In this document: positions 28,746-41,890 of the stretch, piece by piece
Layout of the letters: each line of letters opens with the position of its first letter
Position numbering within the stretch: position 1 is the stretch's first letter
DNA from: Bugula neritina
Taxonomy: Eukaryota; Animalia; Bryozoa
Assembly: GCA_964035545.1 (NCBI GenBank)
Contig: OZ037765.1
Location: 28,209,504-28,273,503, forward strand
Reading direction: 5' to 3'
Length of the DNA stretch: 64,000 bases
Program-made: the position numbers and the translations under genes
Notes under the pieces: generated by a model
Databases searched by the model: none
The model's input: the letters and a program-made list of their open reading frames with translations, nothing else
Told to the model about the DNA's origin: nothing

Positions 28746-29264
28746 CTACGTAGATTCATTAAGCCTCAAACTATTGGAAATGATATACAAAAATAATGTG
28801 ATGTAGTAGAATAGTAGTATAGTACACCTACTAGCTAACCATTGTAGGTTCACACTATCTAAAACTTCTATTAACTTGCTGATGGTTGCACTTTTTCCAT
28901 GTACCAGTCTCCAATGTGTTAAGCAAGCAAAAACTTGATAAGGTGTCTGACTATATTTATCTTGCAAAGTCATTAAACGATTTTCGAACTCTACTTCGGA
29001 GTATATATCCAATTCCTTTGCTAAGTTTATCCATTTCCTTGGGCCAATTAAATGTGCAACCATACTAAATACTTCTGTAAGCTGCTGTGTGTTATCTAAA
29101 AGTTGAAAGTATTGTAAAATTTTGAGATATCATTGAAATAACTTCTTAAAACCAGTAATATACAGGTTTTTTGCAAAAGCTAATAATGCTTATTCTAAAT
29201 AAGAATTTGCTAAAATTTAATGCTGTGATTTCATTCAAATTAAAAAAAATATTTGCTCACTCAT
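28746..29264 (-). CDS. Small death-domain-only protein, ~98 aa; coding exons 29261-29264, 28828-29095, 28746-28770
   Basis: ATGA|GTGAG donor joins in frame to TTTTAG|AT giving MNNTQQLTEVFSMVAHLIGPRKWINLAKELDI...EFENRL...YQVFACLTHWRLVHGKSATISKLIEVLDSVNLQWLASSLRLNEST. Death-domain pattern IG..W..LA..L....L..W....G..AT...L...L. Confidence 0.72.
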
Positions 29265-29512
29265 TGCAGTTGTTTATTATCTATTCTTTGTATTTTTATC
29301 CATGCCAGTGATGCACAATACCTTTTAGTTGTTTATACAAATTTGATTATTGTTAACACAATGCTATAACAATAGTAAATAATATTTTAAACTCAAAAAA
29401 TAAATGTTATACTTAGTCGTATTTTATGGAACGTATTGTTTCAATAAAATGTTCAAAAATAGATAAATCACAATGCAACACACTCTTAAATTCGTTAGGG
29501 TAAAACTAATTG

Positions 29513-29514
<2 letters not shown>

Positions 29515-29592
<78 letters not shown>
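29515..29592. repeat. (AT)39 microsatellite
   Basis: Perfect AT dinucleotide run. Confidence 0.97.
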
Positions 29593-29600
<8 letters not shown>

Positions 29601-29662
29601 TAAACCAATGTATATTGTATATTTTATAGGTATTCCTTATTATTCAACAGTAATAGTTGGCC

Positions 29663-30947
29663 ATGTTTGGCTCAGTAAGCACACCAGACCTAAGCAGTAT
29701 AACAGATGAAGACAAAAACCATGTGTATGACCCTTCCGAGGATACTTTTTTGTTACTAGACACCCTGGAGCATGATAGTCAATTAATCATATCTAAAAAG
29801 TAAGTCTTCTCTAATTCTTTATTGTAGAATTCAGTTCTTTTTATATGATGCATGCGAGCTGTATTGATTTAATTTGTCAAATTTGTGAAGTTATATTTAG
29901 AAACTTGCCGTGTTAGTTTTGTTGACCTGCATGGTGACAAATTATAGACATTTATATTACAGACCTACTCTTATCTTGGAAATAGGGTGTGGCTCTGGAA
30001 TAGTTTCAGTATTTGCTGCTAAAGTACTTGATGGCCATTCCCCAGCATTTATTATGTAAGCAAAACTTTTCCTACAATTTTTAATTTAGTATTGAATCTT
30101 TTTTTCTCTAAAACATTCAGAGTACAAGAAATGCATATAAATAATTTTTTTCAGGTGTACTGATATTAACAAGCATGCAGCAAATGTAGCTCAACGTGTA
30201 TCCCAGACTAACAGGCGAAGTTTGGAGATAGTTGTGACTGATTTGGTAAAATATGAGCTTTAATATGTACAACAGACACTAATAATTTGAACTGAAGTTG
30301 ACACTGTTGCATTAATCTTTTATGTTTTAGGTGATGGGTTTTGGTGATCAAATTACCAACAAAGTTGATTTGCTGATATTTAATCCCCCTTATGTGGTAA
30401 CTCCTTCTAATGAGGTACAGCATGTTATATTAATGTGTATATGCAAGAAGCAGCATTCACTATATTTTTTCATTACTTTTGAAGGTGCCTAATTTTAAAC
30501 TAGGTAGGCACCAAAGACTTGTCAGCTGCGTGGGCTGGCGGTGTTGATGGCCGTGAAGTAACAAATCGCTTGCTACCAAAGATTGGTGATATTTTGGCAG
30601 AAGGCGGCTTGTTTTACTTGGTGGCAATTAAAGAAAATAAAATAGGTTTGTAGGGAAGATAGAACCCAAGTTTTTTTGTTAAATAAATACCTGCATCAGT
30701 TTGTGGAATCAGTCGAGAACTGACCTTATGTTTTTATGCTATTCTTTTCAACTTGCTTATCATGAACCTTTTGGTCTATCAATTAGTTGCAAACTATTTC
30801 CTGTATTATACAGAAGATATAAAACAGATCTTGAACAAGCAAGGCCTCACCATGACCGTGGTGTTAACTAGAAGATCTGGGCCTGAGCTTCTCAGTACTT
30901 TAAGGTTCGAGAAGATTGAATCAAGAGTAGCTGATTTACCAGTCTGA
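29663..30947 (+). CDS. N6AMT1: Methyltransferase N6AMT1/HEMK2 (eRF1 glutamine methyltransferase); exons 29663-29799, 29963-30055, 30155-30246, 30331-30414, 30503-~30645, ~30814-30947
   Basis: VYDPSEDTFLLLD, LEIGCGSG, TDIN, DLLIFNPPYVVT, AWAGGVDGREV, GGLFYLV, RRSGPELL. Confidence 0.93.
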
Positions 30948-31493
30948 GTGTAATGTTTATAACAAGACAAAGCAGATGAGTAGACAACTCTCATGGGAAA
31001 GGGTGGCACTTGTACAAATGTCTAGGATATTTGCTATAAAGTAATGTTTGCAGAACGACTGAAACATTAGGCAGGTTGAAATTATGTTTATATTTTTGGG
31101 CAGATGGTTTCCAAACCTTCATAAAATTACTGATATCATGAGCATATCCAATACCATTGTAAAACTTACATAAAAATACCTATTTTTTATAATTCAAATT
31201 ACTGTATAATATTATATATAGCATTAGCAATATAAATGCAATATTGAAGTTTAAAAATTATGTATTAAAAGTTAAACTGAACATTTACTACATCAGATTG
31301 TCATAAAAATAACCAATATTAGCACTATAAGTACAATATTTTAGTAAAAATATATTGCATCTAACCATTCAACAACATTCCAATTAAAGCTAATTCTTAA
31401 TTTAATGTTTCTAAGTTATTTTGGCACCAAATTTTAATACAAACATGAAAAAACAAATAACATCATAACATGACCAATAACAGGTTATATAAA

Positions 31494-34400
31494 CTATACA
31501 AAAACAAAACATTTGGATTTGTCTTCTGGTACTCTGGTTTTGAATAGCACAGAGTCTGCTCTAAATTGTGTGTATTTTAATGGTAGATAGCCATACACCT
31601 CAATGAAAAACTGTATACATTTGTGTCTTTCATTGAAATGAGATTCATCAATCCATAAAGATGCTTCTCCACACGTTGGACATCTGAATGTCCACCTTGA
31701 GGTTGTCTACATAGCAACAGAGTAATATAAATTACATATGTGACCTGGCACCACAAAACAAGGGATGTATATAAAATGTTGAAAACCTAGTTATTACTAT
31801 GGAGTGATAGAGCAGACTTTTTCAAACATTTTGCACTTTATTTGAAGTCTCTAGCACAAACAGAACTCGAGATATCAGTATTTAAAAACTTTAACGTTTT
31901 TAGAATTTCTAAATTACTGTTTCGAGAAAATCGCGTTTAAAGTTGGCAACTCTAAAATAAGTTGAGAATTATTTGTTTACAATTTACAAGCCTTAGCAAC
32001 GGGTCTTTGTATAAAAGAAATAGTGACAAATTTGGTATCAAAATAATTGTGAAAGTTTGGGCTTTCTGTTAAACTAAATTTCATGCTGCCTCAACATAAA
32101 ATTAGGCCAAATATGGCCGCCAAACTTTTTGTCTAATTTATTTGTCAACTCGCTTTTTACTTTGTTTAATGGTTGAAAAGTTTAACAATTCCAGCAAAGA
32201 AGAGGATGTTTCAGCAAGTTTGTGTGTTGATATATTCAAATTAGGCATCCAAGTCAGCAGGAAGTAATATAAAACAAAATGGCAGCTGCTTCCTCTTATA
32301 CATTGAATATCTCCCTTTCCTCTAATATATCGTGTAATGTATCAAACTGCAGCTATTGACCTGTGCTGTTTCATAATTATTGCTTAATGAGTAGAACACT
32401 TATGAGAAAATTATTTGACTATTATGAGATCATGCAAGGTTCATTCATAAATATCTTTATAATATCTAACTGCAACTAAATTTAGCAATTGATTTGGCTG
32501 AGATGTTGAAAATATAAACATAAAATCAGCTATTTGAACTTTTGAGTTTTATTGGGCAATAATATTCACATTTAAAACATCACATACATTATTTTAAAAA
32601 ACCAATTAAATGCAGTAAAAAATCCAGCCTGGATACAACCATTATGCTTGAATTAACTCTTATCAAGAAAAGAAAATTAGGTAGCTTCTACGGTTGTTGC
32701 AAAGAAGGCACTTATCATCTTTCTACTTCCTTGGTCTTCATAATATGAGTTTACGGAGTATGGACACATAACATCATGTATGTGGCAAAAGCTTCATCAC
32801 TATCATCAGCTGATTTTCTAGCAATTATAGATGCTGCTACTTGACATCCATCCTGCCAATCTACCCACTTATTGTCTATTCCAGCGCTGAAAGTACAATG
32901 TTGACTTTTTTTAAATAACAAAAGGAAACGGTAGCTTGATTAGAAATTATACCCAGTTATATTATAAAAATTTAGTTGGCTAAACACTCTTGTGGTACTA
33001 TTATGGCAGCAGTTGATTGTGATCCTGCATTTCATCAACGTTTAAATTTATTGAATTAAACAGAACAATTTAAATTAAAAAAATTCTTGAAAATTTTCAA
33101 GCACATCATTAAAAGACTGCAAACCTTTTTATGAATGAAATAAGCAGAAGCCATAACCTTGCAAGCCAAAATTCAGTGTGTCTACATTAGAAGTATTAGA
33201 TTGATAGGCAGTAGAGTTGTGTAGGTATAAGTCTTCACTCTAATGCCCTCACAAGTCCACTTTCTAAAATGTACAGAATATCGAATTATTCTATATTAAC
33301 ATAGTATTATCAATAAAATTACACATTATGCACTTGAATATCTAGCATATCTGCAATTGTCAATTTTGAAGCAATGTCTTCAGATAACTATTAATCACTC
33401 AGGCATTTAATTGAGTAAAAAAGCTAGCTAAGTGCAACTGAATCTATTAAAGACATTTACTATAAAATCAATTTGAATTCAATAAATTACTTTAAAATAT
33501 GAATAAATTTTTGCTCATCTTATAATAAAATTAAAAAGTTTACACTATTTATGCATTCAGTTAGTGTTACTACTCACTAAACAAGACTAAAAGTAACTCA
33601 CTGAAAAACTAAGTCAGTCAACTATAGAATCATCATGAACTCGCATTAATATTTCATCATTATACTCCTTTACATTTAGTCACATTTATCATTTCAATTT
33701 GGTTATAGGTGATGCTTTTATCAATATGAATATGATTATCAATTGAGTTTTGACAGTAACACTAACTGTAAGCCTGCATAATGTGATAAAGATTTTATCA
33801 TTATATTTTAAATCAAACTTTGAGCTAATTTAAAATTCACAAAAGGAATCGGTAGTTTGACTAGTATTAGTAGGCCTAATAAAATACTAATAGTAATAGT
33901 AGTAGTAATCAGTAACTGTATTGACAAAATCTAAGACAGAGGCTAAAAGTTACTAAGACTAAGAGTAAGTCTAATGTAAATTGAAATATCAACTATAGAA
34001 TAAATCAATAAATATAACACTATCAGTATGAGTATCAAGTTTTAAGAGCAAAGGCGAAACTCAGAGTCAGACTCAAATACTAATACAGTAATACTAATAC
34101 TAATAGTAATAGTGAATTTATAATTATTAATTACTTATACTTATAGTTATACTATTATTATTAAAAATTTAATGAGCTACATTTGGTTTTACTACCAAAT
34201 ACCAGTATCAGTAAAACATGAATAATATTCATTATGATTATCATTATGAGTAACCGTACCTCAAACTGTGAGTCATAGTGAGAGTCATTTAAATAGTTAC
34301 TACTTACTAGTAGTAGTATAGAATAGACTAACTCTAAGACATACTGATACTCCTACTGAGTCCTAGTGATAGTATAAATATTATAATTATTATTAATAAA

Positions 34401-37400
34401 TTGATGACTACAAATAATCCGGGCAACAATTCTAAGTTAGTAGCATAAATGATTGTTTTGAGTATAATTACCTGTATTGTTGTGGTTTTCAAGCTTGAAC
34501 GCTAAAGATAAAGATTAAGTTTAGCATTTATCACCAAAGGGCAAAACAGCTCAGTAACTTAGAAGCTAACTTTGGATGGAACACGATGAAAAACTAAAAC
34601 TAGCCTTCGATTTTAAATATGATGCTTCTGACAAGACGAAGAAAGAGGTGTAAGCTAAATTTATTTGATAAAACATAAATTTGGAAGATCTCACGCTATG
34701 AAAATGACTAAAATTTTCTTCTTTCTTTAATTGATAACTTCGCAATTTTTTCATCATTTAAAAAATTGAAAGCCTTAGTTACCAACTTTAAATGCAATTT
34801 TAGAGCTGAAGGAATCATCAAATGCTTACGAAAGTATGATTTTTGAAATCCTTGAATTTCTTTGTATTAGAAAAGTTTAAAATCTAAAAATTGGAAACTA
34901 ATTTCAAATTTAAGTATTTCCAAATTAAACCTTCATTTACTACACTTTATAAACGCCGCCACATCCCCGGCTTTGTCGCGACTGGTCACATATATTGATT
35001 GTAAAAACCTATTTTTGAAGCCATAGTTCTAGCTTTCACATCTGAGGTAGAGGCAGACCAACATGCAAACTTCTATCAAAATACTGTAAAGCATATAAAT
35101 TAACTACAACTTTAAATAAATGCCCGTAGCAAGAAACCCTTGCAGATAGCTACAGTTTTTCAGTTTTTAAATTTTATCCATTGAACAATTTACAAGCATG
35201 TGCTGTTTGAATGTACATACCTTCACTGGTGGTTGGCCAGTTATATGAGATACAAGGAAGTTCATAGCTAAATCTTCACAGTTCATGTACTCGTCAACTT
35301 TATCCCTTATGGCTTGTGGCATGAAATAACTGTATTGGTACATATAATACTGCAAAAAAAGGGGACAAGCTTAAATTGCTACGTCATAATTATAAAGATA
35401 ATAAAAAGATACAAAGTCAAGTTTTAAGCACATCACAGTATATATAAAGCTTCTGTTTTGGTTTATTTGCAGCATTGCAGAACAGTTATGGTTACAGAAT
35501 TAGATTGCAAGTACTTGGGTTTATGAATGTGAAATCTGCTACACTTTAGTGAAATGCTCAATATTGTTAGAGTAGTTGAATACTATTTACTTACCTTGTG
35601 AAAAAAGGCAGCACCTGTGAGTATCATAGATAGCTCACATGAGTGATTGGAGTTATAATTCCATTTCTCATCGTGTATATTCCAAGCATGATATCTGCCA
35701 GGAAACCCTACTATACGGTCTCTAAACTCACGCCACACTCTAAAAATTAAAAACATAACAAGATGTTGATAGAATGTACTACTATATCAAACTGCTTTAC
35801 AGCCATAATGGAAAATCAAGATTGAAATATTTAAGATACGCATTTTATAATTGTGAACAATAAACATCAGCAGAAAGAATAAACGTTTTGAACTACCTTC
35901 TACAAATCCTATTTTAATTTGTGTAGCAATATTCTCTTTTGTATTAGGCTAACTTCATTAGCTTAAGGTTTTTTTAAAAACAATGCTTATTGCAAAGTTA
36001 AAAACAAAATTTGATTACAAAATCTGTAAATTTTGTCATAATATTTGAACTGCAAGTATTATGCATATAATAATCTAGTAATCAAATAAATGTGGTTTGT
36101 AAAATTATACTCAAAATAATGCAAACTATAATTTAAAAACATTATACTTAAATAAACTTATAAGCCATAGAATAATTATTATTTATGTAGAGTAGTACTT
36201 ACCTGAAAGCAAAAATAATTTCATCATGCCTAAGACCCATGTCATCATCCATGGACAACACAGCCTCTGTCTCTATTTCTTTGTACGGCATAAATCGATT
36301 GTTGAGACTATTTCTTTCAGCTTTTATTACCTACCATATACAGATAAAACTCACTAAAAAAACTGAATTTTCCAGAAAATGAAAATGCATGAACTTGTAT
36401 TCTCAAATCTCTATATTGAACACATTGAGAAAAGAGTTCTGAAAAAAACTAAAAATATCAATTTTCTGTATACTGATGTTAAATTAGACCAACCACTCAA
36501 AATGCATGCGCTATCTGAAATAACAAGTTTAATGCATTGCATTACAACTAAAGCATGCCAATATACAAACTTTACACACAATCACCTTTCTTTATACATG
36601 TTACATTAATAAATGTATGATGTAAAGACCCGAGCAATAATTAGCATATTACCTGTATGGGTACATGGATGTGAGGCCATTTGAGTGAAGAAGGTGGGTA
36701 CTGGGGATTATTCCATATGACAACGACTTTGTTGAGATATGGTAGTCCATTAAACTGAGCAAGTTGTTGTTGGAGCAACTCAGATCTATCATATGTCAGA
36801 ATTACAACTGCAAGTCAGGTACAAAAAAGTTAATATCTTCAAATTATGAGTATAGTAATACATGTAATTTCCATAATGTAGAACCCACAGTCTATACCGA
36901 TCTCAGAATCTCTACCAAGTGCCACATAGTAAGTGGGAATGAAAAGAGTGCTAATCCATAAAAATTCAAACCTATTTGCTATTGAAGTTAGACAGTTTTT
37001 TAAAGGTTTCATGGAAGACAGAAATAGGTTCAAAAGTAGACCTTGATAAGTTAAACTTCCTAAAGCTGTATCAATTTACAACTTTTGAAATACATCAACA
37101 GTGGTAATATGTATGATCACTTCAAACAAAGCCATCCTCACTTGTAAACTGTTCATGGGGGTAGTTCCCTCCCAAAGACATGCTAAACTCTGTACCACTG
37201 CCACCAGCACCACCATTGATAGGACGGAATCCATATGGTGAACCTGAAGATATCGTATAACTCAAAATATATGACACATTTTTGCCAGTAGTTACTGTAA
37301 ATAGCATAATCTAGAACTACGCCAACGACTTACCATGGTACTTGGCATCAGTTGGCAAACCTGGATCCCACGGAGTGTACGGGAATATATATGAAGAATG

Positions 37401-38990
37401 GCTCCAGTGAGAAAATTGCAAAAAACTAGTGAAATTTCGTTGATAAGAAGGCGAGGGAAATGGAGCTTCTATAGGACCTAATATTTCATTCGCATTATCA
37501 ACACGTGATTGAAAAGTCTGCATAGGATGATGCTCATCATAAACAAGAGTAGATACCGCTTCGGGTACAGGGGGTGGTGGCATATTTATTCTATATCTAA
37601 GTGTGTTGATTAAAGCATGAGCAGCTTTTTCTACTGATGAAAAATAATCATTGAAAATAATTCGGCCATGTTTCTTATAAGACATGATGTCCGACTCCAA
37701 AATATTTCTCAGTATATATTCTAGTTCTGTGACTCTCTGCAGAGGAAAACCAACTATAGCTTTTTCCCATGATATGAAGTCCGAAAAGGGCAGTTGATAA
37801 AAATCTCCAAGCAAGACTGGGATTGCACCATTGATCAGTGCTCTGTAAATTCTATAAGTGAATTGATAGGAGGGCATGTTTGCACAATTGGGTATCATCA
37901 CGAAAATTGAGCTACGCTCGCTTTCAACAGCATGATGATCACTGCACAGGCACCATTGATCAGGCAAGCACACCGACTTAGCTGTACACCGAGTGATAAA
38001 GCTAATTATATCACTTGAGTTCAATTTATTTATAGCACCTAGTATTTCTTTTTCACCTTCACTCAAAATTGTAGGAGATTGACCATAAAAAGAAAGCAAT
38101 ATTTTTTTTCTTAATGGCAACAGCAGTGGCAGAACTTTGTAATCCACTGGTAGCACATTGACATATGGCAGCAAAATATCAAACCCTCTATCAAACTTGG
38201 TGCAGTTGGTTTGTGCTACCATAGCTCTACTTTTTGGAGTCGTTAATGATGATAGTCCAACATTTATAATTATATGATTTCGACCATCTCCTTTCCAATA
38301 TTCGAGGGATTGAGTGTTTATTTTAGTGTCATCCTTAACTAGCAGAAAATACATGCAAGCACTTTCTGGTTTATTAGTGATGTGATTAGAGTTTTCAATT
38401 GCAGATTTCCATGCTATTAGCAAGTTGTCGTCAGTGTATGTTGGGTAAAGATATATAGGAAAACCGGAAATGACGCTGCACCGAGAATAGTCAAAACAAC
38501 TATTTAGATCACAATTTAAATTCATATGAGTGCCTGTTGAGGCAGACAAGTCTGACAACATAGGAAGGGGCAGGGGAACAGATGAGTATTCACTGAAAAT
38601 CTCTTTTTTTGTCAGAATCATGTTTTTTACATCAACATTTATTTGAGACAACTCATGTTCCATATCTTTCAATTGCGTGCTGAGATCTTTGTGACTATCT
38701 TCTAAAGTTTGGACAGTAGCCTTTAGCTTATTTCTTTTTTGTTCAAGCTGACTTAGTTCATTAATGATAGACTTCCGCAGTCTATGCATGTCTTCAGCAT
38801 GCCGCAAAAAAGCGTCTTTATTTGCTAAATCATTAAAGGCATTGATGTCAATTTCAACAGAAGGGTCATCTTTTACTGGCAAATGCTTAGAAGTAAGTGT
38901 GAATATACATATAATAACAATACATGTCCCAAATAAAAGAAAGGGAAGGCACCGGAGTGGTCGTAAAAAAATTCTCTGCTGTCTAGTCAT
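31494..38990 (-). CDS. EXTL3: Exostosin-like 3 glycosyltransferase; exons 37334-38990, ~37142-37243, ~36652-36809, ~36203-36330, ~35595-35739, 35221-~35349, 31494-31706
   Basis: Type II TM anchor, coiled coil, CFDYSRC, GDGRNH, GT47-like region, then GT64 domain: [93 protein letters not shown]. Confidence 0.95.
31736..34993. mobile_element. Unclassified TIR DNA transposon (~3.3 kb, non-autonomous) in the last EXTL3 intron
   Basis: Left end ATATGTGACCTGGCACCACAAAACAAGGGATGT matches reverse complement of right end ATATGTGACCAGTCGCGACAAAGCCGGGGATGT; degenerate exon-like remnant on minus strand at ~32680-32885. Confidence 0.65.
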
Positions 38991-41890
38991 GGCTGCTAAA
39001 ACCTGTATTAAATTATTTCTGAGCTCCTACTGATTCTTACTGTTGAAATCAACATCCTTAGCCTACAAAATAAGCAAAACAAATACATATTATTCAAATG
39101 CCTGATTTTCAATAAGCACATGCCTATTTAAATGTTATTACCAATAATCTTTTTCATTTGGGTCATTTCACTTTACTTACTACACACTGGCAAAAAATAC
39201 TAAAATAGTAAATCGTTCAAAATTCATAGAAAAGCAATTTTTTTAAGTACTTTGACCAGCGAATTTTAAATTTATGCTCAAAAAATACCAGTGAAGGGGT
39301 CTGTGATATGCCATTTAATCAATTCATATAATTTTTCTGGGTTTACATAAATGAAAACTTCTAACAAAATATTATTATAAACCCAACATGGAAAAACAAA
39401 ACGAAATCTAAATTTATATTTGATTATTTTGAGACTATAAGGCAACCACTCAGATATAGGTCAGACAACTCTGCAATATATAGTTGGAATGTTAACGACA
39501 GAAAGTTTTGATGTATTAATTTAAGTTGCATGAGTTTTAAAAAATAGTAGGTTTCAAATAGTGCAGCTGATGTAGGCAATAATAGGTCATTTTTTCTGTA
39601 CACTATTATAGTGCAGCGGTGTCTTTTGCAAGGTTTAAAAAGTTAGGAGAGTTTAAATTTGCACAGCATGAGAAAATGTTAGCCATTTAAAAGCTGCGCC
39701 ATAACAGAGAAAGTATTAAAATAATTTTAGGATAGTTATTATTTAGAGAGAGCTCGTACAAAAGTAAGAATAAATCTAAACTTAATCTAATCTACAACTG
39801 AAAAAAAGTTGATTATAAAATAATAAGTATAATGAACAAATAAATTTATCTATAATAAAACATTTACAACATAATTATAAAAATTGGATTTACCATAACC
39901 AAAGGACTCAAACCTAATTTGAAATTTCAATTGATTTGTAAAGCAAATTCAAAATTAACTGTGTGAAGGGCATGTTATAAAATATATTAAAATTGATATG
40001 GTAATAGTTTGAATACTGAGTTAGGCATACTCAACAATTGATCTAAGAATGAGTTTCAGAGGTAAAAGTAGGCTATTAAAATTTCTCTACTAGTACTACT
40101 GCACTTAAACAGTTCCAACTCCTTAAGGCTACTGAAATTGATTTATAGTCATTGATTGGGGTCAGTGTAACTAAGACTTTAAGAGAGCTATCGCTATGAA
40201 TATGGGTTATGGGCATAGCTATGGAAAAGCCAAGCCAAAGAACAAGTTGAAACACAAGTCAAACTCAATGGTTGATAGTCATATTGATATTCATACATGA
40301 TACTATCATAGTTACACTCATAGTGATTATCATAATCATTATCATAAACTTAAAGTGGTTATCATATTGAAATAATTGATTATAATTATGATCATCATGA
40401 TCATAATTATAGTGAAGGAGCCTAGGCCTTAGAACTAGGTCTAGAGGCTAGACTTAGAGTACCTCACTAACAGTAACACTAACTGCAAGACTAAGACTTA
40501 TAAATTTGAAAATTGCAGTTATATTTATACACTTTCATTATTAAAAATAAATAGCAAAATATTTTTCTTACATATACTCATACTAAGTCTGATATAGTTT
40601 AAGTTTTACTTTTAATTTTACAATCAGAATCGCAATCACAATGTCAATCAATCACTCACTCACTCACTCAATGTGTATCACTGTATCAGTATGTGAAACT
40701 GAATGTTATTGTTACTGTTAGTGTTAGACTTGGAGACAACACTAATACTAATAGTAATAGTAATACTAATAGTAATAGTAATAGTAACATAGCTTTAGCT
40801 AGATAGTATTCATATCCGACTTAATTTAATATTATTATAATTCACAATTTATGTTAAAATCATAATAATTATCATAATCATCACCAGTATCAGTATGACT
40901 GTATGACCATCAGTAAAAGTAAAACCATGTCCAAGAGGTTAGCTCCTCTTGGCTTCTCACCAAAATGAAAGTAAACACACGTCTGGAAACTTGGCCCAAT
41001 CAAAGAATAGCTTGAGTTTTACTATCTAATGAGACAGCTGTATACATTTCTTAGACATTTTCCTCAACTTCACGTGCCACTTGACAATAATATATAGGAG
41101 GTAACTCAGAAACAGCTAATGTGTATTTAAAGAATCCCTGACACACTTTACTTATATAGCATGAAAATATTCATCTATATCTTAGCTATCAATTAAGCAT
41201 CCCTTTAAGGGTGGATGGCTATACTATTTCATTTTATAACAACTTTAGTGCAGGCATGTCCAAAAAACTTTCGGATTTCTAAGCTCTCAGTGCACACGTA
41301 TTACGCCGGTTTCCGGTCTGCTTCGAGTCCTAGTTACTATATAACCAGTAGTAATAATTGCATACTTTCGCAGCGTGTTATTTTTAGCCACTGCAACACA
41401 CAGATAAATCACTATACTGACATAAATTTTAAAACACAGAGTACAACTAATGCTCAATGAAAAAAACAAATGATACCATTTTATTATTGATATTAGAAGC
41501 TAAAGTTACTTCCGTTAGAAATTTTGAGCATCGGAAAAATGAAATAGCCTCACCCTCACGATGTAATTAGAACGGGTGGCTAAGTACGGTGATAACACGA
41601 TATTGTTAAAAGAAATTAGCTAAATCCACCGAGTGGCAAACTTTTCTATAAAACATTACAAATAATTGCATATTCAATTATGTAACTTATTACGCTTCCA
41701 AATAGATTATCATTACCGTAACCGGATATTACCAATATAACCTGTGCCTAGTAGTACTACTACTAGTAGTAGTCGCTCGCTATCTATATAAATTCGATTT
41801 CATATTCATATTGCCATTGGACTCTAATGAACAAACTTATTACCTATATTACTAGTTACACTTGCACTTACTGTCGACATGACTACACGA

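Noticed and set aside
21348-30947. METTL15 plus N6AMT1 as a functional methyltransferase cluster or DNA 6mA system
   Set aside because: Both are ordinary housekeeping genes with different substrates (mitochondrial rRNA; eRF1 protein). The NPPY motif alone does not imply DNA methylation, and adjacency is likely coincidental.
38764-39033. Plus-strand ORF overlapping EXTL3 (likewise 2483-2761, 22069-22350, 52464-52664)
   Set aside because: Antisense shadows of real coding exons.
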